64,000 bases of DNA from Neoechinorhynchus agilis (GCA_051530055.1 CM121341.1:2780151-2844150); one strand, 5' to 3'. Shown: positions 9,290-21,812, counted from the stretch's first letter. Notes: generated by a model from the sequence alone, not told the origin. Made by a program: numbers and translations.

Positions 9290-11517
9290 ACTTTCTTTCA
9301 CGATGATCGGACTCGATGTTACTGATTCTTGTCGGTCACGTAAAAGAAGCAGCGCCGGTAGCCAGACAGCTACTGATAGTAGCCTGTCAACGCGGGGCCG
9401 GTGTGCCGCTCCACTTGGTGATGCGGTAGCGAACAGGAAAAACAAAATCCACCAGCGCAACGGGAAAACGCGAGGGCGTCGTAGCTCTCGCCGACGACTT
9501 GAGCGTCGAAATGAGCGAAACTGTCGCCGGAGGCAACGAAAGTGTCAGTCGAAGCTCATCACCGTGGTGGGTACGGACTTTTCAGGTGGCGCTGACAGCC
9601 GTGAGCCCTTTGTCCCAGCTATTTCAAATAGAAGAGGACTACGAATCGGATCCTTGAATTGTAGGAGTCTGCGAGCGCAATGGCGTAGGGGAACCCTGAC
9701 CAAATTGGCAAGGGGTGCCAGAATGGATCTTGTGTTTTTACAAGAATTGCGCATAAAAGGCCAGTCAGACACAGACGTAAATCAGGAGGATTTAGGAGGA
9801 GGCTGGTCATTATCTTACCTATCTGCGGACAGTCGAGGAAATGGATGTGTAGGCGTTTGTTCATCACCCCGCCTCCGAAACTCAGCACTATGCAGTGCTA
9901 TAACTGACCGAATCCTTCGTGTCAGCAATAAACTTCGGTCGAGAAATCCCTATGCTTTTGGCGTATATTCACCGACCTCCTCGTCGGATGAAGAAGCGGT
10001 TGAAGGATTTTATGGAAATCTAGCCGGAGCATTAGATGATGTACCGAACAGAGACACCCTCCTAATAGCCTGTGACTTCAACGCGATTTTACCGCATTCC
10101 GAAAGATCGCTATGTGTGTTGAAAGGCGAGAATCGGAACAGCCGGTACTTGGTTGAGGCGCTGGAACATCATGCTCTCGTGTCTGCTAACACTTTATTCC
10201 GGTGGCGTTTGACGACGTTTATGGGTCAAAAGAATCCGTCCAAACATGTCATGGGAAAAATCCCAAGAGACGCTTAGCTTGACCATATATTGTTGAGACG
10301 TAGGGAAAAATGTCGGGTAAAAACGCTGACACATTCACAGTTGATGGGCTGCCAACCGACCACAAGTTGGTGATGTGTCAGTTGAGCATGAGTGACTCGT
10401 TGTTACGTACGCCTCAGCATCCTCCACGTCTGTTCTATGGCGCCCTCGCTAACGAGGAGAAGAGGAAAGAGTTCGATATCGAACTAGAGAATCAACTGAG
10501 CTCGATGCCAGCTGCTGAAACAAATATTGATTTTTATTACAAGTCAATCTGCGACGCAGTGACCGAAGCGGCCGAGAAAACCCTGCAAAAATGAGGCGTA
10601 TAAAAGCTGCAAAGGTTATATGGCAGGAGGACTGTGAATTTATGCCAATGGCTGAACAGATAAAAACTCTAAGAAAAAGAGAAAAACGATCTGAGGCTCG
10701 CATTGCAAGTCTTGAACTTGCCAACCTCTATAATGAAAAGCAAAAGGCTTCGATAGAGGATACAGTTCGCGGGATCGCATATAAGGAAGGCTTTGTCCGT
10801 AGCTCCTTAGCATGGAGAGCGATAAACACTCTCACAGGACGATCCCAAAGACAGCCAACTTTGATTGAAGGTTCCTCCTTGGAAATCAGAAAAAAGAGAA
10901 TCGCAAATTATTTTGCGGAAATTCTCAATTCGCCATTATCGTCTTTGGAAGTGAATCCTGCACTTCCAAAAGGCACAATCGTCTCAAGCACATAGGCATT
11001 CTTCACTGGACCGATTGCCGTGAAGGAAGCGATCGCTGCGGCGAAAATGATGCGTGCGGGACGTGCATCATGCCCAGATGGGATAATGGCAGAGGTTCTG
11101 AGGTTTGAATCTATTGCCAGAAAAACCATACCGATAATGAATGGCATAATGAATGGTGGCTCAGCACCTCAAATCTGGCAAACGGCGCATTTGACAATGA
11201 TCCCCAAGAAATGCTGCTCGACAAAGGTGGACTACAGAGGTCTTTTCAGCAGCATTTTGAGACGCCGAATTAAGCCAATCCTCGAACCGTTTCTAAGAAT
11301 TGAACAGAACGGCTTCAGGAAAGGTCGAAGCACCACAGAACACATCTAGGCTTTGAGGAGGATCCCCGAGGAGGCACGAATTCATCAAACGGATGTGACG
11401 CTGGTATTTGTTGATTTCCGTCGAGCTTTCGATTCGGTAAATCGAACGATGATTCGCGGTATCTTAAAGGAGTGTCGAGTGCCGTCGATCATTGTCACAT
11501 CCATTATGACATGCTGT
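9290..11517 (+). mobile_element. RTE-like non-LTR retrotransposon (APE plus partial RT), decayed and 3'-truncated
   Basis: LRIGSLNCRSL...LVFLQELR, GVYSPT, CDFNA, EQNGFRKGRSTTEHI, LVFVDFRRAFDSVNR; stops and frameshifts; ends at the duplication junction at 11517/11518. Confidence 0.88.
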
Positions 11518-12063
11518 TCGAATGGGAGTTGTCCCATAAGAACGGACGGTAAAGCGGTCAAGGTTGTAATCGATTTTTCTGCACCACATCCACCGGCGGC
11601 TGAATGGATTACTTGAAAGCCTTGAATAGAATCGTTTCTTTCAAAATCCGATCTGATAATATCTGGAAAAGATGAATATTATTAGTTGAAGGAGAAAACG
11701 GTGTCGATTGTACATACTTAGAGTTCGTTCTAGCAGAGGAGCAGCTTCACTGAAGTAGAGCCGGGCAAAATTATCACTACCTCCCTCGTTTCCCATTATG
11801 CACCTATCAGCGGTATAAAGAGATCGACCCTGATCCAGAATGTTCTCAATTGGTGACCGGTCAGAATCTAACAGGATCGCTCGAGGATTGAGTCGATTGT
11901 AAGTGTTTGTGTCAAATAAAGTATCGACGAATTGTAGCTGCTCGTTGGTACCCCTAAATCGACCATCGAGGCGAATTCCATGTTCAGCGCACATTAAACG
12001 CCAATACGCATCTCCAATTCGGTTACCAGCCTCGCCAACATTAATCGTTATCAGCTTAGACAT
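11518..12063 (-). pseudogene. 3'-truncated duplicate of the divergent tubulin (exon 1, intron 1, part of exon 2, with a 45-nt in-frame deletion)
   Basis: Identical to 23851-24441 except for the loss of about 23914-23958; fused to the LINE at 11517. Confidence 0.88.
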
Positions 12064-12344
12064 TATTCAACCAGACACTTTTACTCTTTCACATGGCTAA
12101 ACGGTTGCCTAGGAAACATCAAATAATTTTTGCTTTCAAATCAATTCTAAAAATTGTGCTATTTTTTTGTGCATATAAAAAATGATTGGGATTAATCGAT
12201 TTTTAATTTAGGTGATTAGTTGGAAAAAGGTTAAAATTGAAGGCAAATTGTATCATTTTTCTGAAAATAAAGGAGAAACAAGATTTTAGGTTAATTTTTT
12301 GATTTCCTTTTAATAACCTATAAATTTTTTTTAGAGATTAGTTT

Positions 12345-12830
12345 TATTAGGACATTGGCAGCGTTCCCACGCTGGACCGCCAGACTCAAGTTTTGTCGCA
12401 AGAAAGTGATTGACTGCAGCTCTTTCGTCACACTCGCGATACGTCGCCCAGTTCAATCACGAATTCCGCTGCGGCCTATCCAAATGCCCCGTAAGTCTCG
12501 ACTCCGAAGGGCAGGAACAAAAACTGAGAGGCTAACTCATGATACTTTGCGGTCTTACGTTCCTCCGCTCTCGTTGCCGCGGCTCCTGTGCCTAATTTAG
12601 CGGTCGTTTGCCACGTGACCAGGGAAAGACGGTTACCCCGTCAGGACGTTTCCCGTCTGAACGGCAGAGATTATTTGGCTCCAGGATGCAGGATTTCAGC
12701 ATGGCGGGGAAAACGTCCTGCGAACCACTTACATGAGAGATTGCGTTGTCCCTTGTTGTCCACCGTGACACCACATCGACATTTATTAGCGACGCAAAAA
12801 GCAATACGGAAGGTCTCATCACCCAGCAAA
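12345..12830 (-). mobile_element. CRE-like (RLE-type) non-LTR 3' fragment; duplicated at 24723-25208
   Basis: LEPNNLCRSDGKRPDGVTVFPW and LRQNLSLAVQRGNAANV. Confidence 0.8.
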
Positions 12831-14316
12831 GTGCCCAAATTTGAGGATGGTATCCAGATTCTTTGGTCGAAAATATTTTGCTACTAAACCAATAAAATGC
12901 TCAAATATGTTGAAAAAGGGAAATCACAACACATTTAAAATACCATCAATCGATTAAAAAAAAGAAAGTTTATTCCATAAATCGATTAAAAACAAAATGG
13001 ACCTAGCGATTTGCTGCAATTATTTATTACACCGTATTTTTAATTAAATAAAGTCTCATGCAAACATTGCGTTTTAATTTTAAAAAATTAGTTCGTACAT
13101 ACACTTTTGTCGGCTTATAAACTAAGATTTTCTCATATAAATATGTAATCTCGCACGTAAAAGCATTTTGGACTCATACGACAGAACGTGGATGTTAAGT
13201 AATTTAGTTGTTGTATTCTTAATTTCTACGTTAAAATGAACGTTTCTGATAAAATCGATAAAGATAAGCTACCAAAAGATGGAAGCGAAAAGCAATCATC
13301 AACGGAGAACAACGAAAAAACAATGATTTTCAAGGGATCAAATTTGAATGAAATTCCTGGCTACATCGGACTTGAACGTGTTTGTGTCAAGCGAAAAGTT
13401 AAAAAATAACACGATTTGACCGTTGTTTTAACAGAATTCTATTTGTGATCGAGAAATGGGTGGAAGGCTACGACGAGTCTTTTTTAATCCAAATATTCGG
13501 CTAAATTGTTGAGTGTGGATTTTTTTAGCAGCTTTCCTCGACGCTTTGTGAACAAAGATCTTTTGACCTCACCAAATAAGCATTTCAAATGTAAACTTTT
13601 CCAACCCCGCCGTCTTTATAAATTAATATTTTCAAAGAATTTATAAGATTTCCGTGTTAGATTTTCTGTCCTAAATACCCTTTCAAACAGTCTTAAATTC
13701 GAAATGTTAACCTTTTAATGCGTGGATCTCTAAATATCATAATGAATTTCAAACTCCCAGAAGGTACTCTTGTTTTAAATCGCGGAATATCCGGGATAAA
13801 AGACATAAGACAAAACAGAGATATTTTTAAGTCAAATTAAAAATGCTCAAGGCATATTTTTTTCATTAGTCGAAACATCGAAATATCTTTAAGATCGCAA
13901 TTCCATAAATTTGCAACGTTTTAAAAATTCACTCAGACTTATTGTGTTTAGACAACAGATCTGCATAATCTTTTAAAATAGTGCTTCAGTAACTCTCACT
14001 GCTTCCATTATGTCTCTGTTCTTGGCCATAAAATATTATTAATTAGAAAGCCCCCATTTATTTCAACCGTGAACTCCGATTTCTAAAAAGATTTGTTTGA
14101 AGATTGAATTGTTCATATTTTGGTTGTTTTCCGTTTGAAGAAAAATGAAAATGATTTTATTTTAAAACCCGATTGATTTCGGAAGCACAATCTTGTACGC
14201 CTTTATATCAAGGTTGCTTTTAAGTTTAGCTTACACATTAAGCAAAATCACTAGGTTAAAAATCATTTTATTGTACTGAAATATTTTGAAAGAGGAAACC
14301 TCGACTTATCACTCAT

Positions 14317-14486
14317 CACTAACAAAAAAATTCAGACAACCAATAAGGAAGATTTCACTAACAAAAAAATTCAGACAACCAATAAGGAAGATTTCACTAA
14401 CAAAAAAATTCAGACAACCAATAAGGAAGATTTCACTAACACAAAAAATTCAGACAAACCAATAAAACAGGATTTATCACTAACAA
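14317..14486. repeat. 39-bp minisatellite, 3 exact plus 1-2 degenerate units
   Basis: cactaacaaaaaaattcagacaaccaataaggaagattt at 14317, 14356 and 14395, degenerate at 14434; contiguous with no spacers. Confidence 0.93.
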
Positions 14487-15029
14487 AAAAGGATTTCTCA
14501 GCAACCGCCAAAAAAGATCCAGTCTCAATCCCAACTCCCGGGATCGTCCTGCCGCTCGCTCACGCTTGTTATCCCAACCGCGTTCGATGCGGAGGTTTTG
14601 ATCTGCTTCCTTCCGGACCTGGACCGTTTCACCTCTCTTTACTCCACCTGGACTCGGAGCGTCCGCCCTTTGCCCATGTGGACACCGGACCAATTGTGGG
14701 CACGCGATCAACACTGCAGCAGGAGATTGAACCGAGGTTGGACTTAATTCTGAACCTTAGCGCCGCGCATGCAGTTACAGACGGTTGCTAACCATCCCGC
14801 TGAGATGTAAGGAAAAAGAGATTATGTGTAGCACAAAGAATGCGATCTTATACAAAAAATGTGTTGTTAGCTGCTTTTCGTTTTGCTTGCAGGCTGAAAG
14901 CGACTCGCATTTTCTTAAATACAAGGCCGAAGGATACACAGTCCGCCGATTTCGGTTCAGCGCTTTCCAGGCCGAAGTCGGTGGAATGTGTGTCCATTCG
15001 GCCATGCATGGAAAAAAATATCTATCAAA

Positions 15030-15851
15030 ATGAAATCGATTTGGCTTGATCTTCCACCGCTTGAGTATGTGTAAAGGTGCCGTGGGTCCTTTTTGAAGTA
15101 TGCATTGGAAATACGCAATTCCAACGCTGTTGCGTAAACCAATAGTCTTACACTCTCGGCCTTCCTTGATCCTACACGGTGTCCTCCATGAATTCGCTCT
15201 CCGGTTATCACGCATCGACCCTCCCTAGGCCTTGTCACTTCCCATAAATCCAGCCAAAATTCCTCCTCCTTCTCCTCACTGCAACCGACTTGTGGGGCGT
15301 ACGCAGAAACTATTGCTGTGGCTTCGCCGTTAACGCATACCTTCATCGCCATTACTCGATCGCTTGTTCGTGTCACCTCTACGACGTTGTCCATGAGGTC
15401 CTTTGATACTATGACGCCTACTCCGTTTCTACCACTTGCTCCTCCACTATAGAACAGTTTAAATCTGTCGCCTAATTCTCTAGCTTTTCCTCCCTCCCAG
15501 CTGATCTCCTGGACCCCAAGAATTTCAATTTTTCTCCTCCTCATCAAATCGGCCACTTCTCTGCTTCCTCCCTCATTGAACCTACGTTCAGGGCGCCGAT
15601 TCGTATTTTGAAAGCGACTCGCTTTTTAGCCAGACCCGTCGTTGATCCCCGAATAATTTTTCACAAACCCTGGGCGCCGGGTTTGGCGTTGCATGAAGGG
15701 AACGCCCTAGCCCGATCGATTGGAGGTATTAGACTTGACATTGCTGATGTGTTTTTGGCTCAAGATTTTACTCCCGGGTGCCCTTGATGACGCCAACCCC
15801 CCCCCCATTTGTCTGGGCTTCGGACCGGCACCGAGTCACCCCGACAGCTGG
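15030..15851 (-). mobile_element. RTE-clade LINE 5' part (APE); inverted paralogue of 45181-46041
   Basis: MADLMRRRKIEILGVQE...SAYAPQVGC...NAYFKK...YTYSSGGRSSQIDFIL. Confidence 0.9.
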
Positions 15852-16334
15852 GTTATTTATTTCACAGACTATTAAAATTTCAACAGATTAATACCGGTAA
15901 ATATTTTACTCTTCGAAAGGAAATTTTACTAATGAAAAACCAACGATTTCTTCAGCGACGCATGTGTGTAAGTCGCTTTTTAATTCCTGAAAAACTTGTA
16001 AATTCTCTTTGTTTTCTTGTGAGAAAACATTCTGAATTTTACAGACTATTGAATATTTGTTACAGGTGTCAAAAGGTTATTGCTAAATTCAGAATCGATT
16101 GTTGTCATCAAAAACCCTAAATGCGCTGTGACAGTGAACAAAGAGAAGATCATATTTTTAGTCAATGCAAAAAGCTATTCGCAATTGTACACTCTAAATA
16201 CTGATACGAATAATATTTTTTTAACATAGTCTCGGCAAAAACAGATAATCAGTTATTTGTTTCCCATTCCTATATTCGATACCAATCACATTTTTGACCG
16301 AGGTGATTTGGTGTATTGAGCGAGACAATTGGTT

Positions 16335-16883
16335 ATGGGTGTTTGTGGGTGCAGAAATCGGAAGGAATCCGAAAAAACCACCAGAGAAGCTGATCAAAAC
16401 CCGTTAGAAGAAATAAATACTTTTCCAAATGCAAATCTTCAAAAGCATCCGATTTTTGATAGTGAACTTAATAATTCTGAACACGATGCAGCTTGTGATT
16501 TTAAAGAAGATTCAGTTTCAAATGTTAGAATAGATCACAAAATCGATGAAGAGATCGTGGAATCCGTGGACGTTGATCATTCCGATAAGGAAAATTTAGA
16601 CGATTGCGATCTTAGAAATTCCAAACAGTTAAGTTCTTCTACCGAATCAATTGAAGTGGATGTTGCACTCATAAATTTAATAAAGAGCTGCAATCGGGAA
16701 CACAGTCGATTTTTCTGTGATGAAACGAAAAATGAAGGTGAGTTCAATTTCGTAAGGAAGGACTCGTCAAACTGCCGTAATCAATCATTCGCAAGAGATC
16801 AGAAAGTTAATTTTGAAGTTCGACCGAAAACAAAGACAAGCCGGGAAGCAGAAACTGAACATCCGAACGGTCACCCGCGGTGA
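16335..16883 (+). CDS. Orphan acidic ORF with MGVCGC N-terminus (copy 1); may be a first exon
   Basis: 182-codon open frame from ATG 16335; protein identical to the inverted copy at 44150-44698; no family recognised. Confidence 0.5.
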   Translation: MGVCGCRNRKESEKTTREADQNPLEEINTFPNANLQKHPIFDSELNNSEHDAACDFKEDSVSNVRIDHKIDEEIVESVDVDHSDKENLDDCDLRNSKQLSSSTESIEVDVALINLIKSCNREHSRFFCDETKNEGEFNFVRKDSSNCRNQSFARDQKVNFEVRPKTKTSREAETEHPNGHPR

Positions 16884-17174
16884 TAATTTTTGCTTTTATA
16901 AAAAATCTTTTCAGTGCTTTTAAAAATGATGTTCCTCCTCTCATCGGAATTTTTATATATTGAAAAATTACTTGTAAGAAATGACTTCCAATTCTCATCT
17001 ATATGCTATAAGTTCTTCAGTAAATGGAAGATTTTATGTGCCTTAATAGTTTTTAACTATTGAGAAAAACCAACGATTTCTTTATCGATGTGTTTGTGCA
17101 ACTCGCCTTTTAATTAATTTAAAAATAGTAAATTCTCTTTGTTTTCTTGCCAGACAACATTTATTTATTTTACA

Positions 17175-17850
17175 AAACAACAACATTTCTTTGAACTTTT
17201 CTCTCACTTGAGAGGTCGTTCTTTTCAGCATTGTTGGTTTTCGTCTTTGTTCTTCTCCTTTCCCAGCGTCTTGAAATCCCCGCTTACACTGTCTTCCCAC
17301 CTCTTCTTAAGCCTCTCTCTTCTTTTCCCCTCGGGCTCGATTCTCCGTGCGCTCTTCACCCAGGCGTCTTCATCTGCTTGTGTCATCTGCAGGTACCATC
17401 GCATCCGCCTCTTAGCGATTGCCTCCTCGATCGGGTCGATAGCAAACAGCTTCCGCACCCCATCATTGAGCACTCGATCCTTGAATGTCAATCCTGCGGA
17501 CCATCTCAGCATCCACATTTCGTTGACGGCTAATCGTTGAACGTCTTCCTTCTTCGTAGCCACCGTCTCTGCTCCGTAGAGCATGGCGGGTCGCACTACT
17601 GCATTGTACACCCGCCCTCTAAACTTGTTTGGGAGACGCTTATCGCAAAGGATGCTTATTGTCTTCTTCCAGTTGTTCCACCCGCATTGAACTCTTTGTC
17701 CGATATCTGGTGCGAGCTCACATTGCATGTTAAACAGGCTGCCCAAATATTTGAAGATGCCCCATGTATTTCGTTTTGCATCTGCTCACTCCCAATCCGT
17801 TGCTCTCTAATCGCTTTCGTCAACTCTCCATCAAATTCCTGAGCGTGTCT
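17175..17850 (-). mobile_element. RTE-clade LINE 3' end; inverted paralogue of 46437-47115
   Basis: FKYLGS, RVQCGWNNWKK, KFRGRVYNAVVRPAMLYGAET, RMRWY; (AAAT)-rich tail. Confidence 0.9.
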
Positions 17851-19671
17851 GTCGGGATCACCAATGTAGTCGAAAAACCGATTTTATGTTATCTTTTTAA
17901 ACTCTCTCGAATCAGAATTCTGAGGTGGTTATTCGTCTGATCAAAAATAAGAGAAATTATTATTGATGAAAATTTGCAATTAAACAATCAGACAGTAACG
18001 ATTTTTTCGACACAATTTCTTCATCGATGCGTTTGTATAATTCGTCTTTTAATTAATTTAAAACTAGTAAATTCTCTATGTTTTCTTATGACCAAATATT
18101 TATTTTGAAGAATGTTAATCTCTTTGGTTTCTCGCAAGAAAATATTTATTTTGAAGAATGTTAAAGCTTCAACAGGTTTATACCGATGATCAATCAATCG
18201 CTTGACGGCGTCCTGATCGAGGGCCGCAAGGTCTTGGCGAACCATAGGCGAGATTGATGAGTCCAGAATGAAGGCAACTTTAGGCTCACTGCTGTATCGA
18301 TGTTCGTCTTGGGGAATAACTTGGAAAATACGTTCACAAGTGTTGGGATCACCAATGTAGTCGAAAAACCGATTTTATGTTATCTTTTTAGACTCTCTCA
18401 TATCGAGTCCATTTCACATTTGATTGAAACTAAAGATCCAGAATTCTGAGGTGGTTATTCGTCTGATCAAAAATAAGAGAAATTATTATTGATGAAAATT
18501 TGCAATTAAACAATCAGACAGTAACGATTTTTCGACAAAATTGAAATCATTGTTGATATATTTATCGATTAGATTCTTCACATTTTATTGTTCAAAGTAG
18601 AGGAGGTTTAAATGAATGTAGCTGTTTATTTTGGAATGGATGGCGGGTCCGGTCAAGTGGGAAAGTTAGTGATTATTGGTGTAAGAGTTTGTAATTTTGG
18701 GTCTTTCCTCCAGTTCATATTGACACTAATAAAATTTTGTAAAAAATCACGCGGACAACAGTGGCGACTTAAATTTGTCAGTGAAAATCGTTCTTATTTC
18801 AGTGCGATCGCATCGATATTCTTCAATGGAAACAATGAACGACATCAATGACGTCATTGTGAGCTCGCGGTCAGCGGGACAATAATCTTTGCTCCGGCGT
18901 TTGGCTGCTTTTAATGTTATAGCCAGTGGACATCGTCGTTTTCCAGTGGCCAACTCGATGGCAGTGATCAGAATCCGGAAATAAAATCACTTTTTCATAA
19001 GGGGAATCCGAATTCTTAAATTCATCATTTCACCGTTCAAAGAGAAAGATTACAGATCGATCAGCACAAACGATAACATCTTCGTTTTTCAGAAAGAGAA
19101 ACCGCATTGTATCATCATTTCGATCTCGTCAAAGTTCTCAACAAAAACTAAGATCTAAAATCCGCCATCCACCCGAAAATCCTGCGCGTTGTAGATATCC
19201 CGAAGCAAGAGACGAAGTCGGAGGTAAAGTTTTGCAAAGACACGAAAGAATAGCGATCGTACCAACTCGACAATGACGTCATCTTTTACAACTCAGCCTG
19301 CTTCTCCGTCTTCATCCAATCAACCGAACTCACAACGTGGTCACAGACACGAATGCCCCACCGCCAGCACTGATCGAGATGCTTTCACACGGTACCCGCA
19401 TGATTAGACGAATCCCGCAGGGCGCCAGGTCCTCCGCAGCCTCGAAATTAGCATGCCTGATCGAGCGTATCATACGAGATCCAACCGTACCATCTGACTG
19501 GTTCAACCTCCTCGCGTTTCCCAAAGCCGTCTTACGTGTTCCCACACAAACTGCTGAAGCCAACGAGAACCAATCGCTCAGTCAAAAGATTCGCAACAGG
19601 TCCAATGCTTTCGAGTCTTTTGAACAAGTCGAGCATCTTTGATGGCATAGCCATCGTCGTAATTTTCCTCA
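17851..19671 (+). repeat. Inverted copy of 42105-43775, including the 5' end of the CRE-like element, with an internal partial duplication at 17851-18015
   Basis: Matching reverse-complement ORFs (18021/43767, 18747/43039, 19642/42134); small indels between the copies. Confidence 0.93.
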
Positions 19672-19719
19672 AATGAGGCCGTTGAACAATTTAGTAAGAA
19701 TTTAATAAAAGTTTTGGTC

Positions 19720-21415
19720 TCTTATTTTCAACGCTTTTAGATGAAAATGCACTTCTGGTAGAATTTAGCTCTTGATGCGATGTTTACGCTGCAGAATCAC
19801 CTCTAAAGGATAGAAAAATTAAAAAGTTTGTTAGACTGTCGAATTTCTTTTCTATGATTAATTTTCTTTATTTTTAATTTTGTTCAAGAAAATCTAAAAT
19901 TTCTATTAGGAAAAAAGGTATATTTTCAAATCAGTTCCGACGAGTTAGAGCAGTCGCCAGCTTCAGCGAGGAAAAGAAGCGGCAGAAGTACTCCTCGCTC
20001 GATGGACATCAATATATTTTCATCCCGGTTGCGGTGGAAACACTGGGATGTCTCGGAAAAGAAGCCGATTATTTCCTCTCACGACTGGGAGGGATGCTAA
20101 AACATGCCACCGGCGATATGCGATCCAGCAGCTTCCTGTTGCAGCGAATCAGCGCGGCGATCCAACGCGGCAATGCCGCGGCCATCAAGGAAGCTGCCAA
20201 ACAAACATAACATTTGAAGACAACGAATTTTATGACGAGTAAGAGCGCTATCTCTAATTTCGATATTTTTCAATTTATAAAATTCTTAAAACACTGTCAG
20301 TAGACTTAAATGCACAGGCAAACGAACGGTTTTGTCATAGAGATTTTGTTATCTTTTAATCACAAATTTAGGGTTACTAAATATAGAGAAAAATAATTTT
20401 CATACGGATTAAGTTCCTGGCAAAAAATCCTGCTCTCATATTAGTTTTCCTAATTTCTTATTTTCAACGCTTTTAGATGAAAATGCGCTTCTGATAGAAT
20501 TTAGCTCTTGATGCGATGTTTACGCTGCAGAATCACCTCTAAAGGATAGAAAAATTAAAAAGTTTGTTAGACTGTCGAATTTCTTTTCTATGATTAATTT
20601 TCTTTATTTTTAATTTTGTTCAAGAAAATCTAAAATTTCTATTAGGAAAAAGGTATATTTTCAAATCAGTTCCGACGAGTTAGAGCAGTCGCCAGCTTCA
20701 GCGAGGAAAAGAAGCGGCAGAAGTACTCCTCGCTCGATGGACATCAATATATTTTCATCCCGGTTGCGGTGGAAACACTGGGATGTCTCGGAAAAGAAGC
20801 CGATTATTTCCTCTCACGACTGGGAGGGATGCTAAAACATGCCACCGGCGATATGCGATCCAGCAGCTTCCTGTTGCAGCGAATCAGCGCGGCGATCCAA
20901 CGCGGCAATGCCGCGGCCATCAGGGAAGCTGCCAAACAAACATAACATTTGAAGACAACGAATTTTATGACGAGTAAGAGCGCTATCTCTAATTTCGATA
21001 TTTTTCAATTTATAAAATTCTTAAAACACTGTCAGTAGACTTAAATGCACAGGCAAACGAACGGTTTTGTCATAGAGATTTTGTTATCTTTTAATCACAA
21101 ATTTAGGGTTACTAAATATAGAGAAAAATAATTTTCATACGGATTAAGTTCCTGGCAAAAAATCCTGCTCTCATATTAGTTTTCCTAATTTCTTATTTTC
21201 AACGCTTTTAGATGAAAATGCGCTTCTGATAGAATTTAGTTCTTTATGCGACGTTTACGCTGCAGAATCACCTCTAAAGGATAGAAAAATTAAAAACTTT
21301 GTTAAACTGCCGAATTTCTTTTCTATGATTAATTTTCTTTATTTTTAATTTTGTTCAAGGAAATCGAAAGTTCTATTAGAAAAAGGTATATTTTCAAATT
21401 AGTTCCGACGAGTTA
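19720..21415 (+). repeat. 735-bp tandem amplification of a chimeric unit (AT-rich block plus CRE 3' end and flank), 2 full units plus 1 partial
   Basis: Identical ORFs at 20048 and 20783 (offset 735); the CRE part is the reverse complement of about 39485-39997. Confidence 0.93.
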
Positions 21416-21469
21416 AGAAGAAGATTTGCTAAGTAATTTTCCATACCTTTTTTTCAAAGATATTTCGAT

Positions 21470-21812
21470 ATTTTTCAATTTATAAAATTCTTAAAACACT
21501 GTCAGTTGACTAATCACAAATTTAGGGTTACTAAATATAGAGAAAAATAATTTTCATACGGATTAAGTTCCTGGCAAAAAATCCTGCTCTGATATTAGTT
21601 TTCCTAATTCCTTGTTCGAATTTCTTGTTCGAATTTCTTGTTCGAATTTCTTGACTCATTCTTTTTGGCAGGTTCATTTTTTTCGTCTAACGTTTTTGCG
21701 TTCAATGAATAGTTGAACAATTTTCAAAGACTAAGGCAAATAAAGTTTCCCGAGTTCGTTCCATGTGCACCCGATTTAGTTCACTTTAAAGTTCTTTTTC
21801 ACTCGAGAATTC
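21470..21812 (+). repeat. Inverted copy of about 39316-39690 with a small ttgttcgaatttc triplication
   Basis: Direct reverse-complement match ending at actcgagaatt (about 21812 versus 39316). Confidence 0.88.

Larger units (their letters stand above)
11518..14901 (+). repeat. Near-identical direct duplication of 23851-27278
   Basis: Offsets 12333, then 12378 after a 45-nt deletion, then 12377 after a 1-nt indel; identical ORFs in the track (11641/24019, 12355/24733, 14436/26813). Confidence 0.97.

Noticed and set aside
14317-14486. CRISPR-like direct repeats
   Set aside because: Units are contiguous with no spacers, no cas genes, and the context is eukaryotic.
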